NCBI RefSeq assembly: GCF_009914755.1
Contig: NC_060941.1
Length of the DNA stretch: 64,000 nt
Reading direction: 5' to 3' (one strand)
Source: the human T2T-CHM13v2.0 reference genome, Homo sapiens
A program made the translations under genes and the position numbers. This document shows, piece by piece, positions 1 through 16,700 of the stretch. The notes beneath the pieces are model-generated. The model was not told where the DNA came from, made no database searches, and saw nothing but the letters and a program-made list of their open reading frames with translations. The stretch's first letter is position 1. Each line of letters begins with the position of its first letter.

Positions 1-261
1 TTTTTAATTTAATTTTTTTTTTTTTTTAGACAGAGTATTGCTGTGTTGCCCAGGCCTGGAGTGCAATGGTGTGGTTCAATGTGACCTGCAACTCTTGGAC
101 TCAGGCAATTCCCCTGCCATACCACTGTGCCCAGCGGAAATGCTCTCTTTATCTTTATGGGCTGCATTCTGGGATGTTCCTTGGGCTGGTTTTGCAGGTC
201 ACCAATCTAATATTTAGATTTGTTCCGTCAACTCTTTAGCCCATCTCTTGAGTGTTTTTAA

Positions 262-604
<343 letters not shown>

Positions 605-650
605 ACGGGTTTCTACTTCTTAAAGTTTAACTTTTGAAATAGGTAAGATA

Positions 651-967
<317 letters not shown>

Positions 968-1011
968 TCAGTGTTCAAAACCAGACTGTATTAAAAAGGC
1001 ATAAATGAAAG

Positions 1012-2278
1012 TGAGAGGTGACAGCGTGCTGGCAGTCCTCGCTCGCTCTCGGTGCCTCCTCAGCCTTAGTGCCCACTCTGGCCGCGCTTGAGGAGCCCTT
1101 CAGCCCACCGCTGCACTGTGGGAGCCCCTTTCTGGGCTGGCCAAGGCTGGAGCCAGCTCCCTCAGCTTTGCAGGGAGGTGTGGAGGGAGAGGCGCGGGCG
1201 GGAACCGGGGCTGTACGCGGTGCTTGCGGGCCAGCGTGAGTTCCCGGTGGGCGTGGGCTTGGCGGGCCCCGCACTGGGAGCGGCCGGCCAGCCGGCCCCA
1301 ACGGCCCCAGGCAGTGAGGGGCTTAGCACCTGGGCCAGCAGCTGCTGTGCCCGATTTCTCGCTGGGCCTTAGCTGCCTCCCTGCGGGGCAGCGCTCATGA
1401 CCTGCGGCCCGCCATGCCTGAGCCACCCCCACCTCCTGGGCTCCTGTGCGGCCCGAGCCTCCCTGACAGCACCACCCCCTGCTCCACGGCGCCCAGTCCC
1501 ATCGACCACCAGAGGGCTGAGGAGTGCGGGCGCAGGGCGCGGGACTGGCAGGCAGCTCCACCTGTGGCACTGATGCCGGATCCACTGGGTGAAGCCAGCT
1601 GGGCTCCTGAGTCTGGTGGGGACTTGAGAACCTTTATGTCTAGCTAAGGGATTGTAAATACACCAGTCAGCACCCTGTGTCTAGCTCAGGGATTGTAAAC
1701 GCACCAATCAGCACTCTGTCAAAATGGACCAATCAGCTCTCTGAAAAATGGACCAATCGGTTCTCTGTAAAATGGAGCAGTCGGCTCTCTGTAAAATGGA
1801 CCAATCAGCAGGATATGGGTGTGGCCAGATAAGAGAATAAAAGCAGGCTGCCCGAGCCAAGAGTGGTAACGTGCTGCGGTCGCATTCCGCGCTGCTGAAG
1901 GTTTGTCCTTTTGATGTTTGGAATACGTTCTTATTACTGCTCACTCTTTGGGTCTGCACTGTCTATATGAGCTGCAACACACACCTCGAAGGTCTGCAGC
2001 TTCACTCCTGAAGCTAGCGAGACCACGAACTCACCAGGAGGAACGAACAACTCTAGATGCGCCCCCTTAAGAGCTGTAACACTCGCCGCGAAGGTCTGCA
2101 GCTTCACTCCTGAGTCAGCGAGACTACGAACCCACCAGAAGGAAGAAACTCCGAACACATCCAAACATCAGAAGGAACAAACTCCAGACACACCGCCTTT
2201 AAGAACTGTTACGCTCACCGCGAGGGTCCACGGCTTCATTCTCCAAGTCAGACCAAGAACCCACCAATTCCGGACACA
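1012..2278 (+). mobile_element. LTR12C (HERV9/ERV1) solo LTR
   Basis: Begins TGAGAGGTGACAGCGTGCTGGCAG, ends CCAATTCCGGACACA; CpG-rich U3, CCAAT repeats, repeated gaaggtctgcagcttcactcctga units; 4-bp TSD AAAG (1008-1011, 2279-2282). Confidence 0.95.
1700..1845 (+). promoter_or_regulatory. LTR12C core promoter (NF-Y CCAAT boxes, GATA, AATAAAAG TATA-like box)
   Basis: CCAAT at about 1704, 1729, 1753 and 1801; AGATAAG at about 1827; AATAAAAG at about 1836; matches known ERV9/LTR12 promoter architecture. Confidence 0.75.
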
Positions 2279-2706
2279 AAAGGTGTTCCCACCATTCCTG
2301 TCCTCTTACTTCTCTCGCCTTACAAGTAGGTAACCATTGTTGTTAGTTACTTATGTACCTTCCAAAGTTTCTTCATGCAAATACAAGCAAATATGAATCA
2401 GATTCTCCATTTCTCCTTTTTTGCACAAATAGTAGCATTATTCTCTATCTGGTCTTCATCCTGTGTTTTTATTTCTCGGTATATCACAAAGATCGTCACA
2501 TACCAACTGCTTGCTCTTTATAATGTCCCCTTAGGTCTTCCCAAGAATATCTAATAATTTCTTCTATGTGCTCTAGTAATTATCTTTGCTTGGGTTTGTG
2601 TTCTGTTGATTCAGTGTCCCTGTTTCATGATACTGAATAAAAACTTGGTGATTCTTTATGTGTTCATCTTCGAAGTTTGAGAATTCCTTTTTTCCTGTCT
2701 TACTAG

Positions 2707-2822
2707 GCGTAGCGTGCCTCCTGTGATTGTTGAAGAGCTGTGGTGTGCTGCTGAGTGGCGTGTGTATTCCATGTGAGGGGAAGGGTCCAACAGTCCTGGT
2801 CATTCAGACTGCAGTTCCCCAG
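2707..2822 (+). other. Candidate 5'-UTR/cassette exon of a plus-strand host gene (possibly SPECC1, unverified)
   Basis: Acceptor ttttttcctgtcttactag|G at 2706/2707 and donor CCCCAG|GTAATC at 2822/2823; 116 bp, not recognised as a repeat; the translation ...GPTVLVIQTAVPQ ends in phase 0 and recalls sequence upstream of the SPECC1 start (memory only). Confidence 0.5.
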
Positions 2823-3300
2823 GTAATCACCTTGTCAGGTTCTACCTCTGCTGTTCTATCTGCTGTTACAAGTCTGTTCCTGGAAACCTGTTACCATTTC
2901 CTTCTGCATAACAGCCTCCTCCCAAGCTTGTATTGGGCTATGGTTTGCTCAGGTAATCTGGTTCTGAGTACTTTTTACTTTTCAGAAATTTCCTAGACAT
3001 TTTAGTTGGCCATCGGCACTCTTGTTTTCCAGGTTTCTTTTGATTTAGTGTTTTAAAAATGTTTCTACCATTCCATTGAATTTTAAGACACTTGGAAGGC
3101 AGAAGTATGTGTTTAGTTTATTGTTTTGGGGACAGGGTCTTGCTCTGTCTCCCAGGTTAGAGTGCATTGGCGCAGTCATAGGTCACTGTAACTTTGAACT
3201 TTTGGGCTTAACTGGTCCTCCTGCCTCGGCCTCCCAAAGCGCTGAGATTACCGGCATGGGCCACCATGCCCAGTCCTTGGTCTTTTATAATTTATTTCTG

Positions 3301-4017
<717 letters not shown>

Positions 4018-4274
4018 AGATTTTCCTCCTGTGTTCCTCAGAAAAAGATGGACACTTTACCTAGAAATGACTTCTCCCAGTCAGATGGTCATGAATTTTT
4101 TTGCCTTCTCTGAAGAGAGAACACATTTGTATTAAGGTGAAACTGAGTGGAGAACATTTCCTGATGTTGGAGAAAGCCATAGCATGGCACGTGCTCAGCA
4201 GCCTTGAGAGGGTGTCAGTGAGAGAGCACAGAGGGACTACTCAACCATTCAAAATTATTTTGAAAAGGCAAGGA

Positions 4275-4404
4275 TCCTTTTGAACTTTATCTGCAAATTC
4301 CATGAGGTGAGAAGTTTAGCTCAATATAGCTGGAAAGTTGAGATTGGGTTCTGTGCTGATAGCAGGAATGACACGAAAGAGCTGAATAAAAAATCCACAC
4401 ATGG
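4275..4404 (+). repeat. Dispersed direct duplicate, copy 1 (copy 2 at 8314-8433)
   Basis: About 120 aligned bp at high identity; this copy has an extra 11 nt (agtttagctca). Confidence 0.9.
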
Positions 4405-5005
4405 TCTTTAATTAGCCATATACAGATGGTAGTGGCCCATCATCCAGCTCAGAGATCTGCCACTTCTCTTCCAGCTTTCCCACGGAGCCACCCTGATCAC
4501 CCCCATCCATGTTGGTCTTTCTTCCCCAAATGGCCATCAGCTCTGCTCACAGGGCCTTTCATCACTGGCTTCTTTTCCGTGGTTTTATTGGATAGTTTTT
4601 GTTGCCTCATTGTGTATAATCTTCCACAAGATTGGGAATTCCTTGAGGAATGAACAGTAAGTCATAGTTATATACCCCATGTCTCCCTGCAGGGTGACAT
4701 GCATAGAGCTGGTGCCTATTAATGTTTTCGGAAAGAACCACTAGAAGGAAGTAAGAAGCAGCCTTTTCTTCATTCTAGTCACTGCTTCACATGCAGCTGA
4801 TTTTTATTCTGTGTTGAGGGTGGTGATATAAAACACCACGCTGACATTACCTGTTTGAGTTGTCTGAGTTCTGTCTGCAGCAGATGGTGTAATTAAATGT
4901 TTTAGTTTGAAAGGCTTTTCAATTTCATTCAATCTGAGTGTGGGCTTAGATTGTCAAATCATCTTTTCTAACTCTAAAGGCTGTATCTAGTCAGCCTGGA
5001 TCTAG

Positions 5006-5324
<319 letters not shown>

Positions 5325-5544
5325 CTCCCTTTCCTTGGTTTTAGACCTCAGGTGTGAGGAATTGAATTAATTATATTCTCATTCTTAGCCCTTTATCATC
5401 ACTGGCCCATGCAAGCCCCTCTGTTGTTTTGCTTGTTAATGCATTTGTTGGTTTATTTGTTCATTCCGTTTTATCCCACTCTCATTCTCTTCTCCCTATA
5501 GACAGCTATTCTAATGAGGTTCATATAATACTTTTGTGTATATA

Positions 5545-5973
5545 CAGTTGACCCGTGAACAATGAGGGGGTCAGGGGAACTGATTGCCTGCACAGTTGAA
5601 AATCTGTGTATAACTTTTGACTCCCAAAACTTAACTACTGACAGCCTACTGTTGAGTGGAAGCCTTACCCATAATATAAACAGTCAATTAACATTTATTT
5701 TGCGTGTGATGTGTATTATGTACCATATTCTTAGAATAATGTAAGCTAGAGATAAAGAAAATCATAAGGAAGAGAAAATATACTTTTCATTAGTTCCTTG
5801 GAATTGGATTATCATAAAAGTCTTCATCCTTGTCATCTTCATGTTGAGTAGGCTGAGGGGGAGGAGGAAGAAGAGGGGTTGGTCTTGCTGTCTTGGGGGT
5901 AGCAGAAGTGGAAGAAAATCCACATGTAAGTGGACACAGGCAGTTCAAACCTGTGCTATTCAAGGGTCACGCG
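5545..5973 (-). mobile_element. Tigger2a non-autonomous DNA transposon
   Basis: TIRs CAGTTGACCC(G)TGAACAA / (T)TCAAGGGTCACGCG, TA flanks, about 430 bp, characteristic internal sequence. Confidence 0.85.
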
Positions 5974-6599
5974 TATACTGCTTTGTGTGCATCTATTTTT
6001 AATTTACATGAATGGCATCATGTTCTAGCCTTTATTCTGTATCTTAGGATTGTCACTCACCACCCATCTCTGTTACTTGGTGATTCTGGTCTTAATATCC
6101 ACCACATTTTGTCCATCTCGTCTCCTGTAGATGGACACCCAGGTTGATTCCCACTCCCAGTAATGCTGAATGAGCCTCGTACATGTCTCCTTATGGACTT
6201 GTGTGAGAATTCTTTGGGATTTAGACCCAGGAGTAGGACTGCCTGGTCGTGGTGTGTGCCTATACTTAATATAACCAAGTACTGCCAGATTGCTGTCAAG
6301 GGTGGCTGCACCACTACCTTCCCCAGCAGCACACAAGGATTCCCAAGGCTCTGATATATATATATATATAATATAATAATATATATATATATTTTTTTTT
6401 TTTGTACTTTTAGTAGAGACCGGGTTTCACTGTGTCGGCCAGGATGGTCTTGATCTCTTGACCTCATGATCCGCCCGCCTTGGCCTCCCAAAGTGGTGGG
6501 ATTACAGGCGTGAGCCACTGCACCCGGCCATCCCAAGGCCCTGATCTTTGCATGCGCTTGGCATCATTCAACTTTCTAGACTTTAGCAGTCTCTCTCTT

Positions 6600-6933
6600 T
6601 TTATTTATTTACTATTTATTATTATTATAATTATAATTATTATTATATTTTTTGAGATGGAGTTTCACTCAGTCGCCCAGGCTGGAGTGCAGTGGCATGG
6701 TCTCGGCTCACTGCAATCTCCGCCTCCTGGGTTCATGCCATTCTCCTGCCTCAACCTCCTGAGTAGCTGGGACTACTGGTGCCCACCACTACGCCTGGCT
6801 AATTTTTTGTGTTTTCAGTAGAGACGGGGTTTCACCATGTTAGCCAGGATGGTCTCGATCTCCTGACTTCATGATCCGCCCGCCTCGGCCTCCCAAAGTG
6901 CTGGGATTACAGGTGTGAGCCACTGTGCCCGGC
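6600..6933 (-). mobile_element. Alu (Y/Sc-like) with a (TTA)n-derived tail; a left-arm Alu fragment also lies at about 6392-6529
   Basis: Antisense Alu body. Confidence 0.9.
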
Positions 6934-7776
6934 AGCAGTTTCCCTCTTTTTATTTGCATCTGTCTGTTTACTACTGAATTTGAGAATGCTTTTATATATG
7001 CTTGTTATCTTTTTGAGTTTCCATTGACATAAGTTGCCTGTTCATGTCCTTTCCCCATGTTTCAACTGGAATCCAATATAGACTATTTTAGACATTAGCC
7101 CCTTGTTGATGTTTCGACAGTGCACATAGTTTCTCCTAATATGTTATACGTCAGCTTTTTGGTTGGTATCTGTGTTGGATAAGAATCCTTAATTCTATAA
7201 CCTGAATAGTCAATCTGCCCCATGAACTTACTTAGTTTTACCTTTTGACATGTCTGTTGACAACATTTAGTAATCAAGATATTTCACATAAAAATCCAGA
7301 TTCCTAGTCTCTCTTGAAAGGGTGAAAAGTATTTCAGTCCTGGCTAGAGTGACTGAGGGGTGAGCTCCTGCTGTTGCTAGGGCCTGGGCTGCCTACCCAC
7401 CTGTCCTCACTCATTCTCTTGACCTCCTGGCCACTAGTGTCATTTGACTTTATGACCAGCCACTGCTGTATGTGAGGCAATACCTTAAGGATAAACAAGC
7501 ATGGTGATGATGTTCCCAAGATTGCTTGGACATGGTTATGGAGTGGGTGGACTCGGCATTGAGAACACAGTAGTAGCTGCTGCATCTCATGACACTATTG
7601 GATGGGTGTCAGCATGGCAGCAGAATACTGACGGACTGTGTGCACATTCTTTCAGCAGTAATGATTCATTCTTTTCAACCTTTTCTGGATCGGCTCATTC
7701 CTTTTTGCCAAAAAAAACCAAACAAACCCAAAAAACTATGGTTTAGTGAAATTGCATATGAACAAGAGTTCTAAAC

Positions 7777-7966
7777 GAGGGATCTGAAAACTTTTTCTGT
7801 GAAGAGCTATAGAGTAAATATTTTAGGCTTTGCAGGGCCGTGTGTTCCCTTGGAACTACTTAGCTCTGCTCCTGTAGTGTGAAAGCTGCTATAGGTTGTA
7901 TGTAAATGAACATGGTCTCTTCATTTGGTCTGGATTTGGGCTGCAGACTGTAGTTTCTGATCCATG
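7777..7966. mobile_element. MER58A hAT-Charlie MITE
   Basis: aaactttttctgt...gtaaatattttaggctttgcagggcc; perfect 8-bp TSD TTCTAAAC (7769-7776, 7967-7974). Confidence 0.85.
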
Positions 7967-8039
7967 TTCTAAACCATAGTCTTAAGACTTAATTTTGTCT
8001 TCCTTCTCTTGTTTTTAAGGTGCAAGGTTATACATAACA

Positions 8040-8313
8040 TTTTGCTAATGAATACATGGTAAGTACCTACTAGGTACTAGGTGCTGAGATTATAGTGATG
8101 GACAAGACACAAATCCAGTCTATTCAGCTTAATGTCTGGGTGGGGAGACAGATGAGGGAGCAGGCAATTACTAAAGAGGATGGCAGGCCAGGACACGGGA
8201 GAGCACACAATTGGGCGGCAGGGGTTGGGAGCAGGGCATGTCAGGTAAGACGTTCTAGAAGAAGGTGATGTCTAAATGAAGGGGGAAGAGGGCGAGGCAG
8301 GATAATGCAAAGG
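8040..8313 (+). mobile_element. L2 fragment
   Basis: Degenerate L2 motifs (taggtactaggtgctgag, ggggagacaga, gaaggtgatgtcta, tgcaaagg). Confidence 0.55.
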
Positions 8314-8433
8314 TCCTTTTGAACTTCATCTGCAAATTCCATGGGGTGAGAGTATAGCTGGAAAGCTGAGATTGGGTTCTGTGCTGATAGCAGGAATGAC
8401 AAGAAAGACTCTGAATAAAAAATCCACACGTGG
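8314..8433 (+). repeat. Dispersed direct duplicate, copy 2 (of 4275-4404)
   Basis: tccttttgaacttcatctgcaaattccatg...ctgaataaaaaatccacacgtgg aligns with 4275-4404. Confidence 0.9.
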
Positions 8434-9229
8434 AATCGTGAATGCTTAAATAATCCAAGGTTGATGGTGGTAACTCCTATGCTATTCAAATGTGGCAGAA
8501 AATAAAAAAAAAAAAACATGGAAAGCATCTCAGCTGATTTTACAAAGTTAAAATAACCCTGATAGAGAGCAGTATATGGATACTGGGGGTTGGAAATTTT
8601 AAAAAAATGAAAAAAAGAACAGTATAAGCCCGTAGATGTAAACTATAGACCAAATTTACGTGTGATGTGTATACAAATATCCTAAATAGCAAAAGGAGGT
8701 CAGCAGAATATTAAAAGAGCAATACACTTTGACGAAATATATTTTACTCTAGGAATTCCAGAATCGTTTGCTATTAGGACATATGTTAGTTTAATACAAG
8801 GGGAAAGTTTAGTAAGTTTCCATTTTATTTAATAAAATGGGGTAGCTATATAATCGTCTTGAGAGATTCTGGAAAAGCACTTAGAATTTGACTTCAAATC
8901 TTGTCATTTCTTGAAACGTTTTCATGCATTGTGCCTTCAGGTTGTACAGCGTGGCTGAGTTTACCACTTTTTAATTTCTCTGGCAAATCTTTGCTGATTA
9001 TAGCTTTTCATTCATCACGTCCTTTGTGAATCCATTCTTGTTTACTCTATGCGGAATAAATTTTTCTCTTCTCTTCTAGTTCAGTAATTCTCCATTCTTT
9101 CATTTCAATTGGAGTTTTCAGTTTCTCTCAATTGCTTTCCTTTTTTGAGAGACAGATTAGGCACTGGAGATACAAAGATAAATAAGATAGTACTCAGGGT
9201 TTTTTCTCTTTATCCTCTGATTCATTTTC

Positions 9230-9660
9230 TACCCTTCCATATTTCTCTGTCTCAGAGGGAGATGATTCCTACAAACTTCATTTTGCAGTGTTCCTTGTCA
9301 CTGTCTCTGGCCAAGTATGGCTAGTAGGAAGCACTAGTGGGAGATTGAAAGGTGGGAGGAAGGGAGAAGTCAGGGTTTTTCCCCCTTGTTTTCTGCTTTG
9401 CACAGTGTCTCTAGGGTGGTCCCAGCTCCAGCCAAGGACTCTGACACTGGCTTGTGGACTCTGATAATAGCCCCTCCTTTATCCTTCCAGCTTCATGGGT
9501 GGTAGGTAGATGGGGTCCCACTGTTGCTAATCTCTGGGTTGGCTCACCATCCCAACTGGCTTTTTAGTCCTGCCCTAAACCTTGTAATTAGTTCCCATAT
9601 TAAATTCCTGCTATTGAACTGCTTCTCTTGAATTCTATTTTTCTTATTAAACTTTGCACA
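9230..9660 (+). mobile_element. LTR33-like ERVL LTR
   Basis: ggaagcactagtgggagattgaaaggtgggaggaagggagaagtcagggt and a 3' attaaa motif; assigned by recall. Confidence 0.55.
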
Positions 9661-9824
9661 ATGTAGATAAAAACCCTACTTCTGTGTGTTCACAATCTCA
9701 TAGGAAAAGCGGACATTAAAATGACTATAAGTTTAGCCTAGTCAGTGTTCCCTCTTCCCTTCTTTTGGAAGTAGACTTCACTTTGTGCATAGCAATTGGC
9801 CATGACCCAGAATGAGCCAATCAA

Positions 9825-10065
9825 AATTTGGACATGGGCACACACAGAGAAAAGATGATGTGAAGACGCAGGGAGAAGATGGCCACCTGCCAGCCAAGGA
9901 GAGAGGCCTGGGACAGAGCCTTGCCTCAGGGCCCTCAGAAAGAACCAACTCTGCTGACACCTTGATCTCAGAGTCCTAGTCTCCAGAACTGTGAGGAAAT
10001 CAATTTCTATGTTTAAGCTCCCCAGTTTGTGGTACTTTGTTCCAGTAGTTCTGGGAAAGTAGTGT
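9825..10065 (+). mobile_element. MLT1B-like MaLR LTR, 3' half
   Basis: gaagatggccacctgccagccaaggagagaggcc...ccagaactgtgaggaaatcaatttct...tttgtggtactttgtt. Confidence 0.8.
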
Positions 10066-12792
10066 ACTACCTGTCCTCCCAGCCCCACCCAACCACTAAT
10101 CTACTTTCTGTCTCTATAGATTTCCCTATTCTGGTCATTTCCGATGCATGGAATCATAATCTGTGGTCATTTGTGACTGGCTTCTTTCACTTAGCATAAG
10201 GTTTCCGAGATTCATCCTTGTAGCATGTAGCTGGATGTCACTCCTTGTATGGGCAGATAATATTCTAGTGTATGGATAATACCGCATGTTATTTACCTGT
10301 TCATCAGATGATGGGCATATGGGTTCTTACCACCTTTGCTGTTATGAATAATGTTGCTATAAATGCCCATGTACAAGTTTTTATGTGGATATATGTTTTC
10401 ATTTTTTTGGTTATAGACCCAGGAGGAATATTCCTGGGTCATACGGTAACTCTGTATTTAATAATTTGAGGAGCTGCCAGACTGTTTTCCAAAGTGGCTG
10501 CATCACTTTACATTCCCAACAGCAGCGAATGAGGTTTCTGATTTTTTCACATCCTTACCAACATTTGTTATTACCTTTTTATTCTAGCCATCCTAGTGCA
10601 TATGAAGTGGTGTCTACATTCTACATTGTGGTTTTGATTTATATTTCCCTGATGACTAGTGATGTTGAGCATCTTTTCGTGTCTTTATTGGCCAATTGTA
10701 TATAGTCTTTAGATAAGTGTATATTCAAGGCTTTTACCCATTTTTGAATTGGGTTGTTTTGTTGTTGTTCTTGAGTTGTAGGAGTTCTTTATATATTATA
10801 AATATTAAATATTTATCAGATATATATAATTTGCAGATATTTTATTTCTTCCATTATGTGGGTTGTCTTAATTTTCTTTTTTTTCCTTTTTTTGTTGACG
10901 TAATAATTATACATATTTATGAGGTACAGAGTGATAATTTGATACATGTATGCAATGTGTAATGATTGAATCAGGGTAATTAGGATATCCATCATCACAA
11001 ACATTTATCATTCCTTTGTGCTGGGAACATCCAAAATCTCTTCTAGCTTTTTGAACATGTACAATAAGTTATTGGTAACTATACTCGCCCTACAGTTCTA
11101 TAGAACACTAAAACTTATTCTTCTTACATAGCTGTAAATTTTTATCCATTAACTTTTCCCAAGCCTCCCCTTCTAATTCTGTGACCCCATTTTCTTTTTA
11201 GCACCCATGTCTGAGTGAGAACATGTACTGTTTATCTTTTTGTGCTTTACTTATTTCATTAAATATAATGTCCTCCAGGTTCATCCATGTTGCTGGGATG
11301 ACAGGATTTCATTCTTCTTTAATGGCTGAATAGTATTCTATTGAGTGTATATGCCACATTTTCTTTATCCATTCATCTGTTGATGCACATTTAGATTTAT
11401 TCCCTGTCTTGGCTGTTGTGAACAGTGTTGCAATTAACATGAGAGTGCATATATTTCTTCAGTATACTGACTTCTTTCCTTTGGATAAATACCCAGTAGT
11501 AGGGTTGCTGGATCATATGGTAGTTCTATTTTCAGTTTTTTGAAAAACCTCAGTATTATTTTCCATAATGGCCATTACCAATTTGCATCCCTACCCACAG
11601 TGTATAGGAGTTCCCCTTTCTCCAAATCTTTGCCAGCATCCATTATATTTTGTCTTTTTGATAGTAGCCATTCTAACTGGAGTGAGAGGATATCTCATAG
11701 TGGTCTTGATTTTTATTTCTCTGATGATTAGTGATGGTGAGCATTTTTTCATACTTGTTGGCTATTTTATACTTGCAAGGCTCCCAGAATAGCCAAAACA
11801 AACTTGAAAAACAAGAACAAAGTGTAGGATGACTCACACTTCCCAATTTAAAAATTTATACACTAACAAGTAATCAAGACAGTGTGGTACTGGCAGAATG
11901 ATAGTGACATTTGTATGTCTTCCTTTGAGAATGTTTATTCAGATCTTTTGCCCATATAAAAACCAGATTATTTGCTTTTTTGCTGTTGAGTTGTTTTAGT
12001 CACTTGTGTGTTCTGGATACTAGTCCCTTGATGGATGGATAGTTTGCAAATATTTTCTCCCATTCTACAGGTTGTCTTTTCATTCTGTTGTTTCCTTTGC
12101 TGTGCAGGAGCTTTTTAGTTTAATAAAGTGCTATTTTTCCATTTTTGTTTTTGTTGCCTGTGTTTTTGAGGTTTTAGCCATAAGATCTTTGCCTGGACCA
12201 ATGTCCTGAAGCGTTTTTCCTTATGTTTTCTACCAGTAGTTTTATAGTTTTGGGTCTTACATTCAAGTCTTTAATTCAGTCTGAGTTGATTTTTCTATAT
12301 GGTGAGAGATAGGGGTCTAGTTTTATTCTTCTGCATATCGATATCCAGTTTTCCTAGTATCATTTATTGAAGGGGTGTCATTGTCAAAAATCAGTTGACT
12401 ATAAATATGTGGATTTATTTTTGGGTTCTTTATTCTGTTCCATTGGTCTATGTGTCTGTTTTTCTACTAGTACCATGCTGTTTTGGTTACTGTTGCTTTG
12501 AAGTCAGGTAGTATGATGCCTCCAGCTTTGTTCTTTTTGCTTAATATTGCCTTGGCTATTTTGGCTTTCCATTTCTTGATGGTGTCCTTTCCAGCACAAA
12601 GGTTTTTCATTTTGGTAGGTACAATTTACCCTATTTTACCTTAGTTGGTCATGCTTTTGGTGTCATGTCTAAGAATTCTTTGTCAAACCTAACGTCTTTA
12701 AGATTTACCCGTATGTTTCCTTCTAAGAGTTTTACAGTCGTAACTCTTACGTTTAAGTCATCAATTCATTTTTGAATTAATTTTTGCATATG

Positions 12793-13338
<546 letters not shown>

Positions 13339-13415
13339 TCATCCTATATTTTGTTCGTGTTTTTCAAGTTTGTTTTGGCTATTCTCAAGGTCTTGCAATT
13401 CCATGTGAATTTTAG

Positions 13416-13789
<374 letters not shown>

Positions 13790-14634
13790 TAGATCAATTT
13801 GGAGAGCATTGCCAGTAATAAGTCTTTTGATCCATGAACATGGGATAGTTTTTCATTTATGTAAACCTTTAATTTCTTTTAACAGTGTTTTGTAGCTTCT
13901 AGAGTATAAGTTTTGCACTTACTTGAATAAATTTATTTTTGAGTGTTTTTATTCTTTTTGATGTTATTGTAAATTGAATTATTTTCTTAATCTCATTTTT
14001 GGGTTGTTCACTGCAAGTGTATAGAAATATAATAGATTTTTGTATATTCGTTTTCTATCCTGCAGCCTTGCTGAACTTGTTTATCAGTTATCATAGTGTC
14101 TTAGTAGTTTCCTTAGGATTTTCTAAAGATCGTATCGCCTGTAAATAGAGATCTGTTCTTTTTTTTGGAGGAGTTTGTGAAGAACTGATGTTAATTTATA
14201 TTTATAAGTTTGAAAGAATTTCACAGTGAAATCTTCTGGGCCTGGGATTTTCTTTGTGGATAGTTTCTTGGTTGTCAATTCAGTCTCTTCCCTTGTTATA
14301 GCTCATTCAAATTGTCTCTTTCTTCTTGAGTAAATTTTGGTAGTTGATGTTGTCCTAGGAACCTGTCCATTTCATCTAAGTTTTCTAATTTGTTGGCACA
14401 CATTTGTTCGTAGTATTCTTTTCTAATCCCTCATTAGTAATGTCCCCTCTTTTATTTCTGATTCTAGTAATTTGAGTCTTACCTCCTTTTTGTCAGTCTA
14501 GTTAAAAGGTTTGTTAACTTGGTTGATCTTTTCAAAGAACTAGCTTTTGGTTTTATTTATTTTTTTCCATTTTTCTCCTTTTGATTTCATTATTTTTTGC
14601 CATAATCTTTATTATTTTCTTCTTTCTGGTTGCT

Positions 14635-14862
14635 AGGAATGATATAGCTACAAGCCAAGGAGCACTTAGGGTTACTGAGAACCACTGGAAGCTGGAAGAG
14701 ACAAGGGAGGATTCTTTCCTAGAGCCTTCACAGGGAGCATGGCCCTGTACTCACCTTGATTGCAGGTGTTTAGCCTCCAGAACTGGGAGAAAATACATTT
14801 AAGTTGTGTTAAGCCACTCAATTTGTGGTAGTTTGTTACTGTACCCTGAGGAAACTAATACA
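14635..14862 (+). mobile_element. MLT1C/D MaLR LTR, 3' part
   Basis: caagccaagga...gaagctggaagagacaagg...ccagaactgggagaaaata...ggaaactaataca. Confidence 0.75.
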
Positions 14863-15662
14863 AACATTTTAATTATTTTATTTATTTTTTTACTGTATTT
14901 ATGTGAGTTACTTTTTAGTATCTAGGGTTTAACATGTGTGTCTTAACTTACCAGAATATACTTCATATTTATAATTTAATTCTAGTTAGATACCAAAATG
15001 TTATTCCTATGTAGTTCTATTGTCTTCTTCCCTTTTTGTGGTATTTTTGTATTATGTCTATTAATATTACAAACCCAACCATATTATTGTTGTAATTATT
15101 ATTTTTAAATTTTTTAAAATTTTATTTTTAAGTTCCCTGTTATATTACTTTACTATCTGTAGTAATTTCTTTAGCCTAGTAACAGCTTTGTTCCAACTCT
15201 CTTTTGTGCAGTTATTTGCAAATATATTACAAGTATATTTCTATATATGTTATAGGTTCAACAATAGGCTTTATATATAATATTTTATGCAATTGCTTTT
15301 TAAATCATTTCAGAGAAGAAAGGAAAAAATATGCATTGTTAGTGTCATAGTTACAGAATAACCTTTACTGCTATGCTTCAATTTTCTGTGAGAATTCAGA
15401 TTACCCTCTGGGGTCACTTGTTTTCAGCCTGAAGAACTTCCTGTGGTGTTTCTTCTAAGGCAACAAATTCTCTACTTTTGTTTCTCTGGGATGTCTTTAT
15501 TTCACCTTCATTTCCTGCCCCCCAGCCCTTTTTTTTGTGGTAAGATACATATAAAATTTACCATTTTAATCATTAAACATTTTTTGAAAAGTTTTGTGCT
15601 CTCATGAGCCTTGGTCCTGCACATCTTTCTCCTCCTCAGCAGCAATCTCGTTTCCTGCTTAA

Positions 15663-16700
<1,038 letters not shown>

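Noticed and set aside
975-2164. GC-rich ORFs of up to 161 aa and an apparent CpG island
   Set aside because: Almost entirely within LTR12C; explained by LTR base composition
1985-2215. Spaced direct repeats resembling a CRISPR-like array
   Set aside because: Normal LTR12 internal tandem units in eukaryotic DNA
4275-4404. Duplicated unit read as an H/ACA snoRNA (length about 130, ACA near the 3' end)
   Set aside because: No two-hairpin fold or conserved H box evident, and no family recognised
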